Positions 12,718 through 22,989 of a stretch of 39,246 nt of DNA are shown here, piece after piece (position 1 is the first letter of the stretch; each line of letters begins with the position of its first letter). Source of the stretch: Octopus sinensis (taxonomy: Eukaryota); contig NW_021835683.1 of NCBI RefSeq assembly GCF_006345805.1, positions 1 through 39,246 on the forward strand, given 5' to 3'. The position numbers and the translations under genes were made by a program. Below the pieces are notes generated by a model. The model ran no database searches. It was not told where the DNA came from and saw only the letters and a program-made list of their open reading frames with translations.

Positions 12718-12811
12718 AATAATAATAATGATAATAATAATATGATAATAATAATAATAAATAATAATATGATAATGATAATAATAATAATAATAATAAT
12801 AATATAATAAT

Positions 12812-12842
<31 letters not shown>

Positions 12843-12971
12843 TAATAATGATAATAATAATAATAATATAATAATAATGATAATGATAATAATAATATAA
12901 TAATATAATAACAAATATAATAATGATATAATAATAATAACAATAATAATAATAATAATAATAATAATAAC

Positions 12972-13029
<58 letters not shown>

Positions 13030-13067
13030 AATAATAATATAATAATAATAATGATAATAATAATAAT

Positions 13068-13110
<43 letters not shown>

Positions 13111-13386
13111 TAATAATATATAATAATAAATAATAATATAATAACAACAACAACAACAAACAATAATATAATAATAATAATAATATAATAATAACAATAA
13201 TAATAATAATAATAATGATAATAATAATAATAACAATATATAATAATAATAATAATAAATAATAATATAATAATAATAATAATGATAATGATAATAATAA
13301 TATAATAATAATATGATAATAATAATAATAATAATAATAATACAATAATAATAATGATGAGATAATAATACAATAATAATAATAAC

Positions 13387-13419
<33 letters not shown>

Positions 13420-13562
13420 TAATATAATAACAACAACACAACAACAATAATAATAATAATAATAATAATAACAATAATAATAATAATAATAATGATAATA
13501 ATAATAATAACAATAATAATAATAATAATAATAATAATGATAATAATAATAATAACAATAAT
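12718..13562. repeat. ~850-bp degenerate (TAA)n microsatellite
   Basis: Direct inspection. Confidence 0.95.
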
Positions 13563-13964
13563 AATTCTTTCCACCATAGGCACAAGGCCTGAAATTTCGG
13601 GGGGAGGGGACTGGTCAGTTACGTCGACCCCAGTGTTTCACTGGTACTTAATTTATAGAACCCCAAAAGGATGAAACGCAAAGTCGACCTCGGCGGAATT
13701 TGAACTCAGAACGTAGTAACAGGCGAAATACCTATTTCTTTACTACCCACAAGAGGCTAAACACAGAGAGGACAAACAAGGACAGACAAACGGATTAAGT
13801 CGATTATGTCGACCCCAGTGCGTAACTGGTTCTTATTTAATCGACCCCGAAAGGATGAAAGGCAAAGTCGACCTCGGCGGAATTTGAACTCAGAACGTAG
13901 CGGCAGACGAAATACAGCTAAGCATTTTCGTCCGGCGCGCTAATGATTCTGCCAGCTCGCTGCC
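13562..13964 (-). mobile_element. Chimeric family A dimer: full A1 followed by headless A2
   Basis: Junction at 13732/13733 reads AAAGAAATA|GGTATTTCGCC on the minus strand; the two units have different tails. Confidence 0.85.
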
Positions 13965-14041
<77 letters not shown>

Positions 14042-14047
<6 letters not shown>

Positions 14048-14270
14048 CCGTTTAAGCGGGATGGGCTACTCGACCTGATGAAAATCCTAACTGGGCCCCA
14101 CCTGCAAGGTCATGCTTTGTCTATCTTGATATGAGATCATGTCGTGCACATATGGTTGTGATGCATGTGCCTGGTGTACCCTTTATCAGACGGTTAGTCA
14201 TGATGAGTATACTGATCTGCGTATATTTTACCCCAGTGTCACTTTGATGGCATGCACTGCTCTCTCATCC

Positions 14271-14325
<55 letters not shown>

Positions 14326-14472
14326 GCCCTGATGCAGTACCAGGCAGTGGCTCTCATGGCTTCTGATCTAAAATGATTAGAAGTGTTATCATGTACGTTG
14401 TTTTGTCTTGGCATAAAAGATGGGCTACAGCAAATATTCTGCTCAATACCACATATCTGCTTGTCAGTTGTT
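14042..14472 (+). mobile_element. Element E: 3' part (14042-14270), (AAT)n, then 5' part (14322-14472)
   Basis: Both parts align to the copies at 24953-25445 and 35883-36346, but in permuted order. Confidence 0.8.
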
Positions 14473-14490
14473 TCTGCCAGCTCGCCGCCT

Positions 14491-14717
14491 TAACATATTA
14501 AGAATATTGGAGTTGCTGTGAGGCTCGAGATAATCCAGAAGACAGCATTGTTGGGTACAGCGTGCATTCTAAGGTGAGTATTGTCACTTTGAGTCACAGG
14601 AGAAGGCATTACTTGTAACCTTTGGTGATTTGTTATTGCCTGCCTTCAAGTAAAGAATAACCAGTAATTAAGAACTATCCGAGAGTCTTTCAGAATAATA
14701 ACAACCACAATAATAAT
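14491..14717 (+). mobile_element. 3' end of an R4/Dong-type RLE LINE (second lineage)
   Basis: Translates HIKNIGVAVRLEIIQKTALLGTACILR*VLSL*, matching the Dong C-terminus IQKIALLGTAHILR; followed by a 3' UTR and AAT tail. Confidence 0.7.
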
Positions 14718-15250
14718 TTCTTATTTCTGATCCATTTGTTTATAAATGAATTTGCTTGAAAGAATTAAGTATTTCTTATATTACTCAAATATTCTGTTAA
14801 AAAGTATTTTGTTTCTAATTTTAAGCACAGCTTATCAATAAATAAGTTTGCTGTGTTTTTTTAATGGCCCACCGACTGAGTTTTTTATGTGTCTTATCTC
14901 TGATATAACACCTGCAAAGCCTGCATATATTTCATAATAATGTTGTCGTTTTCTGTTGTTTAATGTAAATTAGATTATTAAAAATATCTTATATTTATTC
15001 ATAAGCAAAATTCAGTATTGAAGACTGCTCGTAATTTTTCCATTTTTTTTTTACTATCTGTCAAAAGTCTTTTTTCTAGACTTTGATTGCATTATGTTTG
15101 AACAACAGCTAATAACGATTCCATGTTTTCAAAAGTTCTTCAATTATTCAACTTTCTTCAAGTGATTATGAAATAATCTTTGGCTAGACCTAAATGTTAT
15201 ACGCATTCGTGTGTGTCCGTTAAATTGTTCAAGTTAATATAGTTACTTTC

Positions 15251-15405
15251 TGTGTGGTAAGTAGCTTGCTAACCAACCACATGGTTCCGGGTTCAGTCCC
15301 ACTGCATGGCATCTTGGGCAAGTGTCTTCTACTATAGCCCCGGGCGACCAATGCCTTGTGAGTGGATTTGGTAGACGGAAACTGAAGAAGCCTGTCGTAT
15401 ATATG

Positions 15406-15436
<31 letters not shown>

Positions 15437-15641
15437 CTGTGTTTGTCCCCCTAGCATTGCTTGACAACCGATGCTGATGTGTTTACGTCCCGTCACTTAG
15501 CGGTTCGGCAAAAGAGACCGATAGAATAAGTACTGGGCTTACAAAGAATAAGTCCCGGGGTCGATTTGCTCGACTAAAGGCGGTGCTCCAGCATGGCCGC
15601 AGTCAAATGACTGAAACAAGTAAAAAGAGTAAAAAAAGAGT
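15251..15641 (+). mobile_element. Family B SINE
   Basis: Colinear with 27014-27490; ends in AGTAAAAAGAGT. Confidence 0.9.
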
Positions 15642-15884
15642 ATTGCTAATTTCTTGTGAAATACGTATTTTCTGCTGGGATATTAAATTTTTGGTGTCTG
15701 CTGAATGTCCGTCAAAATGATTCAGTCCCTTTTCGTTTTTGGTAAACATTTTTGCTGGAAGTAGCCATGGTGTTACATTACAAATAGATTATTCTTTTTT
15801 TTTTCTTCGAAATTAATTCGAGTTTTATCTCCCCCAAACGTGACTTGGGGAAGTAACGCGAGAAATAAACTTCATCTTCATATA

Positions 15885-16043
15885 GGCGCAAGAATTGTTA
15901 GGAGCATGTATAGCTTAGCAACCTTGTGGTTTCGGGTTCAGTCCTACTGAGTGGCACCTTGGACAAGTTATTTCTACTATAGCTCTCGACCGACCAATTC
16001 TTTGTGAGTGAATGCGGTAGACAAAAACTGCGTGGAAGCTCGT

Positions 16044-16122
<79 letters not shown>

Positions 16123-16342
16123 ATACACGTGTGTGTGCGTATGTGAATGTGTGTGTATTTGTGTTTGTTCCTCCAACACTCGTCAACCGGTATTGACTTA
16201 TTTACATTCCCATAAATTATCACTGCTTCAAAATAAGCCGTCAGAGTAAGTACTAGTTTTAACAGTAAGTACCGGGGTCAGTTTGTTCAACTAAGCGGTG
16301 CTCCAGCATGGTCGTACTCCAATGACTGAAACAAGTAAATGA
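15885..16342 (+). mobile_element. Diverged family B SINE with expanded internal (TG)/(TA)
   Basis: GGCGCA head, GGGTTCAGTCC, tail ATGACTGAAACAAGTAAA. Confidence 0.75.
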
Positions 16343-16445
16343 CAGAAGGATCGAAACACTAGGCGTTAGTGTTACATCGAACGAAAGAGGAATCAATTAA
16401 AACAGTACAGTAATCCCTCGCCGCCTTAACAGCATAGTATGTAAT

Positions 16446-16632
16446 AACGATATGAAATTTTGGTACGAGACCAGCAATTTAGGGTGGGGTAAAAGTCGTA
16501 GTACCTATTTTATCGACTCTGAAAGGTAAAGTCAAACCCGGAGAAATTTGAACTCAGAACATGAAGACGGACGAAATACCGCAAAGCATTTCGCCCGGCG
16601 TGCTAACGATTCTGCCAGCTGCGCCGCATTTT
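16446..16632 (-). mobile_element. Family A SINE (A3-like tail) with 15-bp TSD
   Basis: TSD AGCATAGTA(T/C)GTAAT at 16431-16445 and 16633-16647. Confidence 0.75.
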
Positions 16633-16878
16633 AGCATAGTACGTAATGATAAAGTTTGTCAGCAGATCATCCGAAACCTGGCGATTTAGCCATTATTCGG
16701 TCGTTATTTCATCTGTTGAAATAGATCTTTCTCAGAAATCTCTATCTTCGACCGAGGGTCACTCCAAATATCCTACGGTCGGTCAATGATTGAAGTGTGG
16801 TTTCATTTTGAAATTGTATCTTTGTGATTCGGACCTTATCAAAAGGCTTTCAATTCCCCGTGTTTCGGAGACACATAC

Positions 16879-16953
16879 CTTATAACGAACACAGTCGCCA
16901 TGTTTCACGTCAAGGAAGAAATAGTTAAAAGCCATTATTGCCGGAAGCACGTG
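16879..16953 (-). promoter_or_regulatory. Candidate promoter and first coding exon of an unidentified host gene (MATVFVI...)
   Basis: Minus strand AAACATGGCG start at 16901, AAG|GTATGT donor at 16879/16878, upstream TGACGTGA, ETS-like CCGGAAG (16941) and E-box CACGTG (16948); motif evidence only. Confidence 0.3.
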
Positions 16954-16993
16954 GTATGCAATGCCTTTTATTTGCGTCTTCGAATCAATGGAG

Positions 16994-18339
16994 TAGTTCC
17001 TCCTGTCATCTTCCGCTTATTGACTAATTCCTCCTGTCATCTACCGCTTATTGACTAGTTCTTCCTGTCATCTATTGTTATTGACTAGTTCTTCCTGTCA
17101 TTCACAGTTTATTGATTAGTTCTTCCTGTCAGCCACAGCTTATTGACTAGTTCCTCCTGTCATCCACTCCTTATTGACTAGTTCCTCCTGTCATCTACCG
17201 CTTATTGACTAATTCCTCGTGACATCTACCGCTTATTGACTTGTTCTTCCTGTCATCTATTGTTATTGACTAGTTCTTCCTGTCATTCACAGTTTATTGA
17301 TTAGTTCTTCCTGTCATCTATTGTTATTGACTAGTTCCTCCTGTCATCCACTCCTTATTGACTAGTACCGCCTGTCATCCACTCCTTATTGACTAGTTCC
17401 TCCTGTCATCTACTCCTTATTGACTAGTTCCTCCTGTCATCCACTCCTATTGACTAGTTCCTCCTGTCATCCACTCCTTATGACTAGTTCTCCTGTCATC
17501 CACTCCTTATTGACTAGTTCCTCCTCCATCCACTCCTTATTGATTAGTTCCTCCTGTCATCCACTCCTATTGACTAGTTCCTCCTGTCATCCACTCCTTA
17601 TTGACTAGTTCTCATGTCATCCACTCCTTATTGACTAGTTCCTCCTGTCATCCACTCCTTATTGACTAGTTCCTCCTGTCATCCACTCCTTATTGACTAG
17701 TTCCTCCTGTCATCCACTCCTTATTGACTAGTTCCTCCTGTCATCAACCTTATTGACTAGTTCCTCCTGTCATCCACTCCTTATTGACTAGTTCCTCCTG
17801 TCATCCACTCCTTATTGACTAGTTCCTCCTGTCATCCACTCCTTATTGACTAGTTCCTCCTGTCATCCACTCCTTATTGACTAGTTCCTCCTGTCATCCA
17901 CTCCTTATTGACTAGTTCCTCCTGTCATCCACTCCTTATTGACTAGTTCCTCCTGTCATCCCTCCTTATTGACTAGTTCCTCCTCCTGTCATCCACTCCT
18001 TATTGACTAGTTCCTCCTGTCATCCACTCCTTATTGACTAGTTCTAGTTCCTCCTGTCATCCACTCCTTATTGACTAGTTCCTCCTGTCATCCACTCCTT
18101 ATTGACTAGTTCCACCTGTCATCTACCGCTTATTGACTAGTTCCTCCTGTCATCCACTCCTCGTTGACTAGTTCCTCCTGTCATCCACTCCTTATTGACT
18201 AGTTCCTCCTGTCATCCACTCCTTGTTGACTAGTTCCTCCTGTCATCCACTCCTTATTGACTAGTTCTTCCTGTCAGCCACAGCTTATTGACTAGTTCCT
18301 CCTGTCATCCACTCCTTATTGACTAGTTCCTCCTTTCAT
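16994..18339. repeat. 31-bp minisatellite, about 43 copies (TTATTGACTAGTTCCTCCTGTCATCCACTCC)
   Basis: Period 31 seen directly (e.g. 17641 vs 17672); no spacers. Confidence 0.95.
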
Positions 18340-18930
18340 ATACTGTTCTCTATTGCTTTACCTGTTCCAAAGCCAAGAGATTCTACTTAATTTTCCTTTT
18401 CACCTGGTCTTCTCGCTACCGTCTTTACTAATAATTGCACCCATAAAACTCCCGCTTAATTAATTCATTAAATCGTTCTGCGAAACCCATCCGTGTCGGA
18501 AAAGATGTATTTTATTTTCCAGTACCCCGAGCAATGTTTGCCAGTCTTCAAGTCTATTATTAGTCATGTTGTTTATTAGTGTTAAAAAAAAAAAAAAGAT
18601 TAAAATAACTTAGGTGCAAAAAAGTATTTTTTTCTTCTCTCGTTAGAATGCCTGAGAGTATAGAAATTATTGAGAAAGAATAAGAAAAAAAAAAACGTAG
18701 GTAGATTTTTTTATATATATTTTATTTTGAATCACTGGGGAGAAAATAATAAATATATAATTCTTAGAAGTTAGCTTCTGTTGAAGAAAATATAAAATGA
18801 ATAAAAAGTAAGAATGTTTACGAAAGCCAGACAGACGCGGAATTATGAGGCTGAGAGTGATATTAGTTTATATAAAAACCGAGTGTCTTCAGATGCCATA
18901 AACAACCTTTTAAAAAGGATAAGCCAACCG

Positions 18931-19487
18931 GGAAGGCTCGTGGCTTAGTGGTTAGGGCATTCGGCTCATGGTCATAAGTTCGATCCCCGGCGGCGCGTTG
19001 TGTCTCTTTAGCAAAACACTTTATTTCACGTCGCTTCAGTCCACCCAGCTGGCAAAAACGAGTGATACCTATTTCTTTACTACCCACAAGGGGCTAAACA
19101 TAGAGGGAACAAACACAGACAGACATAGGTATTAAGTCAATTACATCGACCCCAGTGCGTAACTGGTACTTAATGTATCGACCCCCGAAAGGATGAAAGG
19201 CAAAGTCGACCTCGGCGGAATTTGAACTCAGAACGTAACGACAGACGCAATACGGCTACGCATTTCGCCCGGCATGCTAATATTTCTGCCAGCTCGCCGC
19301 CGTGATACCTGTAATTCAAAGGGGCCAGTTATGTCACATTCTGTGTCACACTGAATTTCCCAGGGAACTACGTTAAAGATACGCGTGTCTGTGGAGTTCT
19401 CAGCCGCTTGCACGTTAATTTCACGAGAAGCCTCTTCCGTTGATCGGATCAACTGGAGCGCTCGTCGTCGTAACCGACGGAGTGCCA
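18931..19487 (+). mobile_element. Family D tRNA-derived SINE interrupted by a family A copy
   Basis: Head TGGCTTAGTGGTTAGGGC..GTTCGATCCC; 3' half 19311-19487 matches family C 21550-21735. Confidence 0.75.
19071..19301 (-). mobile_element. Full-length A1 SINE with 9-bp TSD
   Basis: GTGATACCT at 19062-19070 and 19302-19310. Confidence 0.9.
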
Positions 19488-19536
19488 CTTTCTTCAACCT
19501 AATTCAGTGGGTTAATTCTGTTCTTTTGAATAATTT

Positions 19537-19906
19537 AAGTCAAATTTTTGCCACAGGGGCAGCTTGGGGGTGGGGGAGGGGGAGATGAGTCGATCACATC
19601 GATCTCAGTTGTTCAACTGGTACTAAATTTATCGACCCCGAAAGGATAAACAGCAAAGTCAACCTCAGAACGTATCGACAGGCGAAATACCTATTTCTTT
19701 ACTACCCAGAAGGGGCTAAACACTGAGAGGACAAACAAGAACAGACAAACGGATTAAGTCGATTATATTGACCCCAGTGCGTAACTGGTACTTATTTAAT
19801 CGACCCGAAAGGATGAAAGGCAAAGTTGACCTCGGCAGAAATTCGAACTCAGAACGTAAAGACGAACGAAATACCGACATGCTATCAATCCTGCCAGCTC
19901 GCCGCC
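19537..19906 (-). mobile_element. Chimeric family A dimer: full A1 followed by headless A3
   Basis: Junction at 19691/19692 reads AAAGAAATA|GGTATTTCGCC; downstream unit has a different C-rich tail. Confidence 0.8.
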
Positions 19907-20464
19907 TTCCTATGTATGTATATTATGTATAATGCTTCCCATGTATGTATATTGCTTACAAAAACTGACTCATGTATAATCATTCATGGACGCGTTAATA
20001 CTGAAAACTCTAAATATATATATTCATACACCTCGACTTTCCTAAACGCATTTGGATGATTACATATGTGGATTCGTATTGACTTGCATTTCTTATCGTT
20101 AAGAAGTTTCTTTTTTATATTGATAAGGAACCAATTTATTTTATGAAGAAATTGTTATCGTGACAAAATTGAGTCGAAATTAGGAAAAATGTGTGTATGT
20201 ATATATATACATATATATATATTCCACTTCAGAAATGAAAAGTAAGAACAAAATTGTTTTGAGTACGCGAAAGAAATAGTTATATTGATAAAAAGAAAAC
20301 AGAAGATTCTAGTCTATTATGGAAGCAAGAAACGTTTACGAGATATAAGCTAAACTAAGCGAATCCTGCAATTAAATCAAGAACGCTACTCAGATATTTT
20401 TACCAATCATGCAGTCAGAAATACATTGATGCATAATTTTGTCGGCAAAGCAAGCTCGAAGTGT

Positions 20465-20630
20465 GTGCAGGGCTGTGTGGTTAAGATGATTGCATTGCTT
20501 CCATGCGGTTTCTGGTTCAGACCCCTTATTGTGCGGGAACTTTGCACAAGTGTCCTCTTGCCCCTGACCGGCAAGTGCCTTGTGAATAAATCTTGAAGAG
20601 AGAAACTGTGTTAGCCCATTGTATATTATA
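20465..20630 (+). mobile_element. Old family B 5' half
   Basis: GGCTGTGTGGTTAAG...GGTTCAGACCC...GCCTTGTGA...GAAACTG. Confidence 0.55.
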
Positions 20631-20942
20631 GGCTCGACAGTAGTAACTACTCCATCGCCGAATGGTTTGGCTAAATCCAGACTAAGTATATATATATATT
20701 TACCATACAAATTAATGGCTGATTTTGTGAAATGCTAATTGGGAAAATTATAAAATAGCGAAGGCAGCTATGTGCAATATAATACCAAAAAGATAAAGAA
20801 TTCAGTTGTCACTAACTGTGACTGAGGGTGCTGGGAAGCACCTATATTGCTAGAAATAGAAGTTAAAAACCCTTACAGCTGCAAGAAAGCACATTTTTTC
20901 ATCTGCTGACAGGGGAGACAATTGTGTCTTTCATACGGTATA

Positions 20943-21174
20943 TATTTCTTTATTACCCACAAGGGGCTAAACACAGAGGGGACAAACAAGGACAGACAAA
21001 CGGATTAAGTCGATTACATCGACCCCAGTGCGTAACTGGTAGTTAATTTATCGACCCCGAAAGGATGAAAGGCAAAGTTGACCTCGGCAGAATTTGAACT
21101 CAGAACGTAGCGACGGGCGAACTACCGCGAAGCACTTCGCCCGGCGTGCTAACGTCTCTGCCAGCTCGCCGCCT
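20943..21174 (-). mobile_element. Full-length A1 SINE with 18-bp TSD
   Basis: TGTCTTTCATACGGTATA at 20925-20942 and 21175-21192; defines the monomer tail as ...AAAGAAATA. Confidence 0.9.
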
Positions 21175-21193
21175 TGTCTTTCATACGGTATAG

Positions 21194-21775
21194 TCGCACG
21201 CATGGTTATGTGGTGAGAAGTTTGCTTCCCAACCACACAGCTTCGGGTTCAGTCCCACTGCGTGGTACCTTGGGCAAATGCCTTGTACTAAAGCCCCAGA
21301 CTGTCCAAGGCCTTGTGTATGTGGTTGTGTGTGTGTGTGTGTGTGTGTGATGTGGAGGCGCAATGGCCCAGTGGTTAGGGCAGCGGACTCGCGGTCGTAG
21401 GATCGCGGTTTCGATTTCCAGACCGGGCGTTGTGAGTGTTTATTGAGAGAAAACACCTAAAAAGCTCCACGAGGCTCCGGCAGGGGATGGTGGTGATCCC
21501 TGCTGTACTCTTTCACCACAACTTTCTCTCACTCTTACTTCCTGTTTCTGTTGTACCTGTATTTCAAAGGGCCAGCCTTGTCACTCTCTGTGTCATGCTG
21601 AATATGCCCGAGAACTACGTTAAGGGTACACGTGTCTGTGGAGTGCTCAGCCACTTACACGTTAATTTCACGAGCAGGCTGTTCCGTTGATCGGATCAAC
21701 CGGAACCCTCGTCGTCGTAACCGACGGAGTGCTTCCATCCAGTGTGTGTGATAGACGGAAACTGTGGAAGCCTAT
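21194..21775 (+). mobile_element. Family B 5' half split by a family C insertion
   Basis: B head at 21194-21340; continues AGACGGAAACTGTGGAAGCC after 21752. Confidence 0.65.
21352..21741 (+). mobile_element. Family C tRNA-derived SINE, full length, 11-bp TSD
   Basis: tRNA-like head GGCGCAATGGCCCAGTGGTTAGGGC..GGTTTCGATT; TSD GTGTGTGTGAT at 21341-21351 and 21742-21752. Confidence 0.85.
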
Positions 21776-21785
21776 TTTATATATA

Positions 21786-22072
21786 TGATAACCTCCAATA
21801 AGTGCGAAATAACGTTATCTGCAGCTACTAGGACATACAAAACGAGAAGAAAAATGAATTCTATGGAAATAATCTTTTATATATCTTCTAATTCATAAGA
21901 AAAAGACATCGCATAATAATAAAGCAAAAGAGAGAAAAAGCCCTGAGCGGTTCTCTCCCCTTAAGGGAAATGTCTTCCGCTCTTCTATTTTTCAGCAAAC
22001 TTTTTTTCTCTCCACATCTTACTCTGAAAGCAGCAGTAGATGGCAGCACCAACAGTCGCGAGTCAAATTTCA
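21786..22072 (+). mobile_element. Element F copy 1 (TG...CA, solo-LTR-like)
   Basis: Colinear with 25598-25917; both start TGATAA and end CAAATTTCA. Confidence 0.55.
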
Positions 22073-22314
22073 CAGGTGTGTGTTAAACGATGGTTCAATT
22101 CTGAATGCCACACTCAAAACCGATGGCAAGGTGCCATGGCGAGATGAAACATATTGGTAATTTTATCCTAAGTAATCCTGCTGGGATAAGCAGCATGGAA
22201 ATACGACCAGATATCCCACATTCGCACTCGAGGGGGGCTTGTGTGAAGTTTGGAGAGAAAACGGTAATCGAGTCTACATGAAGAGCTATCAAACAAGGCG
22301 AATAAGTACGGGAA

Positions 22315-22415
22315 AGTAGTAGTAGTAGTAGTAGTAGTAGTAGCAGCAGCAGCAACAATAGTAGTAGTAGTAGTAGCAGCAGCAGTAGTAGTAGCAGCAG
22401 CAGCAGCAGTAGTAA

Positions 22416-22452
<37 letters not shown>

Positions 22453-22480
22453 TTTAGTAATGATGATGGTGATAATAATA
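22315..22480. repeat. (GTA/GCA)n microsatellite grading into (GAT/AAT)n
   Basis: Direct inspection. Confidence 0.9.
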
Positions 22481-22829
22481 ATACCAATAGATGACAACGT
22501 TTCTCTTAAAGAAACGGAGAAACTTTCAAAATACAAAGATCTGAAAATAGAGGTAACTCGAATGTGGGGGCCTAAAACCAGAAACAATACTTAGAGTAGG
22601 CGCCTTAGGTATGATAAAAGAGCATTCAGACAAATACATAACAAAAACACCAGGACTTACAAGTATATACAACATACAGAAAATAGCACTACTAGGCACC
22701 GCACACATCCCACGTAAAACACAGTGAAAATAAGAGCACCACAACAAACCACAGCACATACCCAAGGCACACAGAGCTGCGCTCGGTTGTGCAGTGAAAA
22801 CACGTAATAAAAAAATAAGACTACTGAAT
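22481..22829 (+). mobile_element. Short 5'-truncated Dong/R4 LINE copy (same family as 22990-24930)
   Basis: Aligns to 24575-24930; ends ACTACTG(AAT)n. Confidence 0.9.
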
Positions 22830-22867
22830 AATAATATAATAATAATAATAATAATAATATAATAATA

Positions 22868-22898
<31 letters not shown>

Positions 22899-22920
22899 AA
22901 TGATAATAATGATAATAATA

Positions 22921-22968
<48 letters not shown>

Positions 22969-22989
22969 TAATAATAATAACAATAATAA

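Noticed and set aside
14070-14110. Hammerhead ribozyme core (CTGATGA) in element E; also sought in family A units and the 330-bp repeat
   Set aside because: No stem II followed by GAAA, and the core is not conserved across copies; other ribozyme classes were not excluded without a covariance search
14500-14580. Host exon ending at AAG|GTGAGT
   Set aside because: The peptide matches the R4/Dong C-terminus, so the donor-like motif is incidental
16994-18339. CRISPR-like array (also considered for 6548-8266 and 38178-38471)
   Set aside because: Units are contiguous with no unique spacers, the context is eukaryotic and there are no cas genes
21354-21430. Functional tRNA gene (also 29300-29370 and other SINE heads)
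   Set aside because: No closing acceptor stem, and the sequence continues into a repeated SINE body with a TSD
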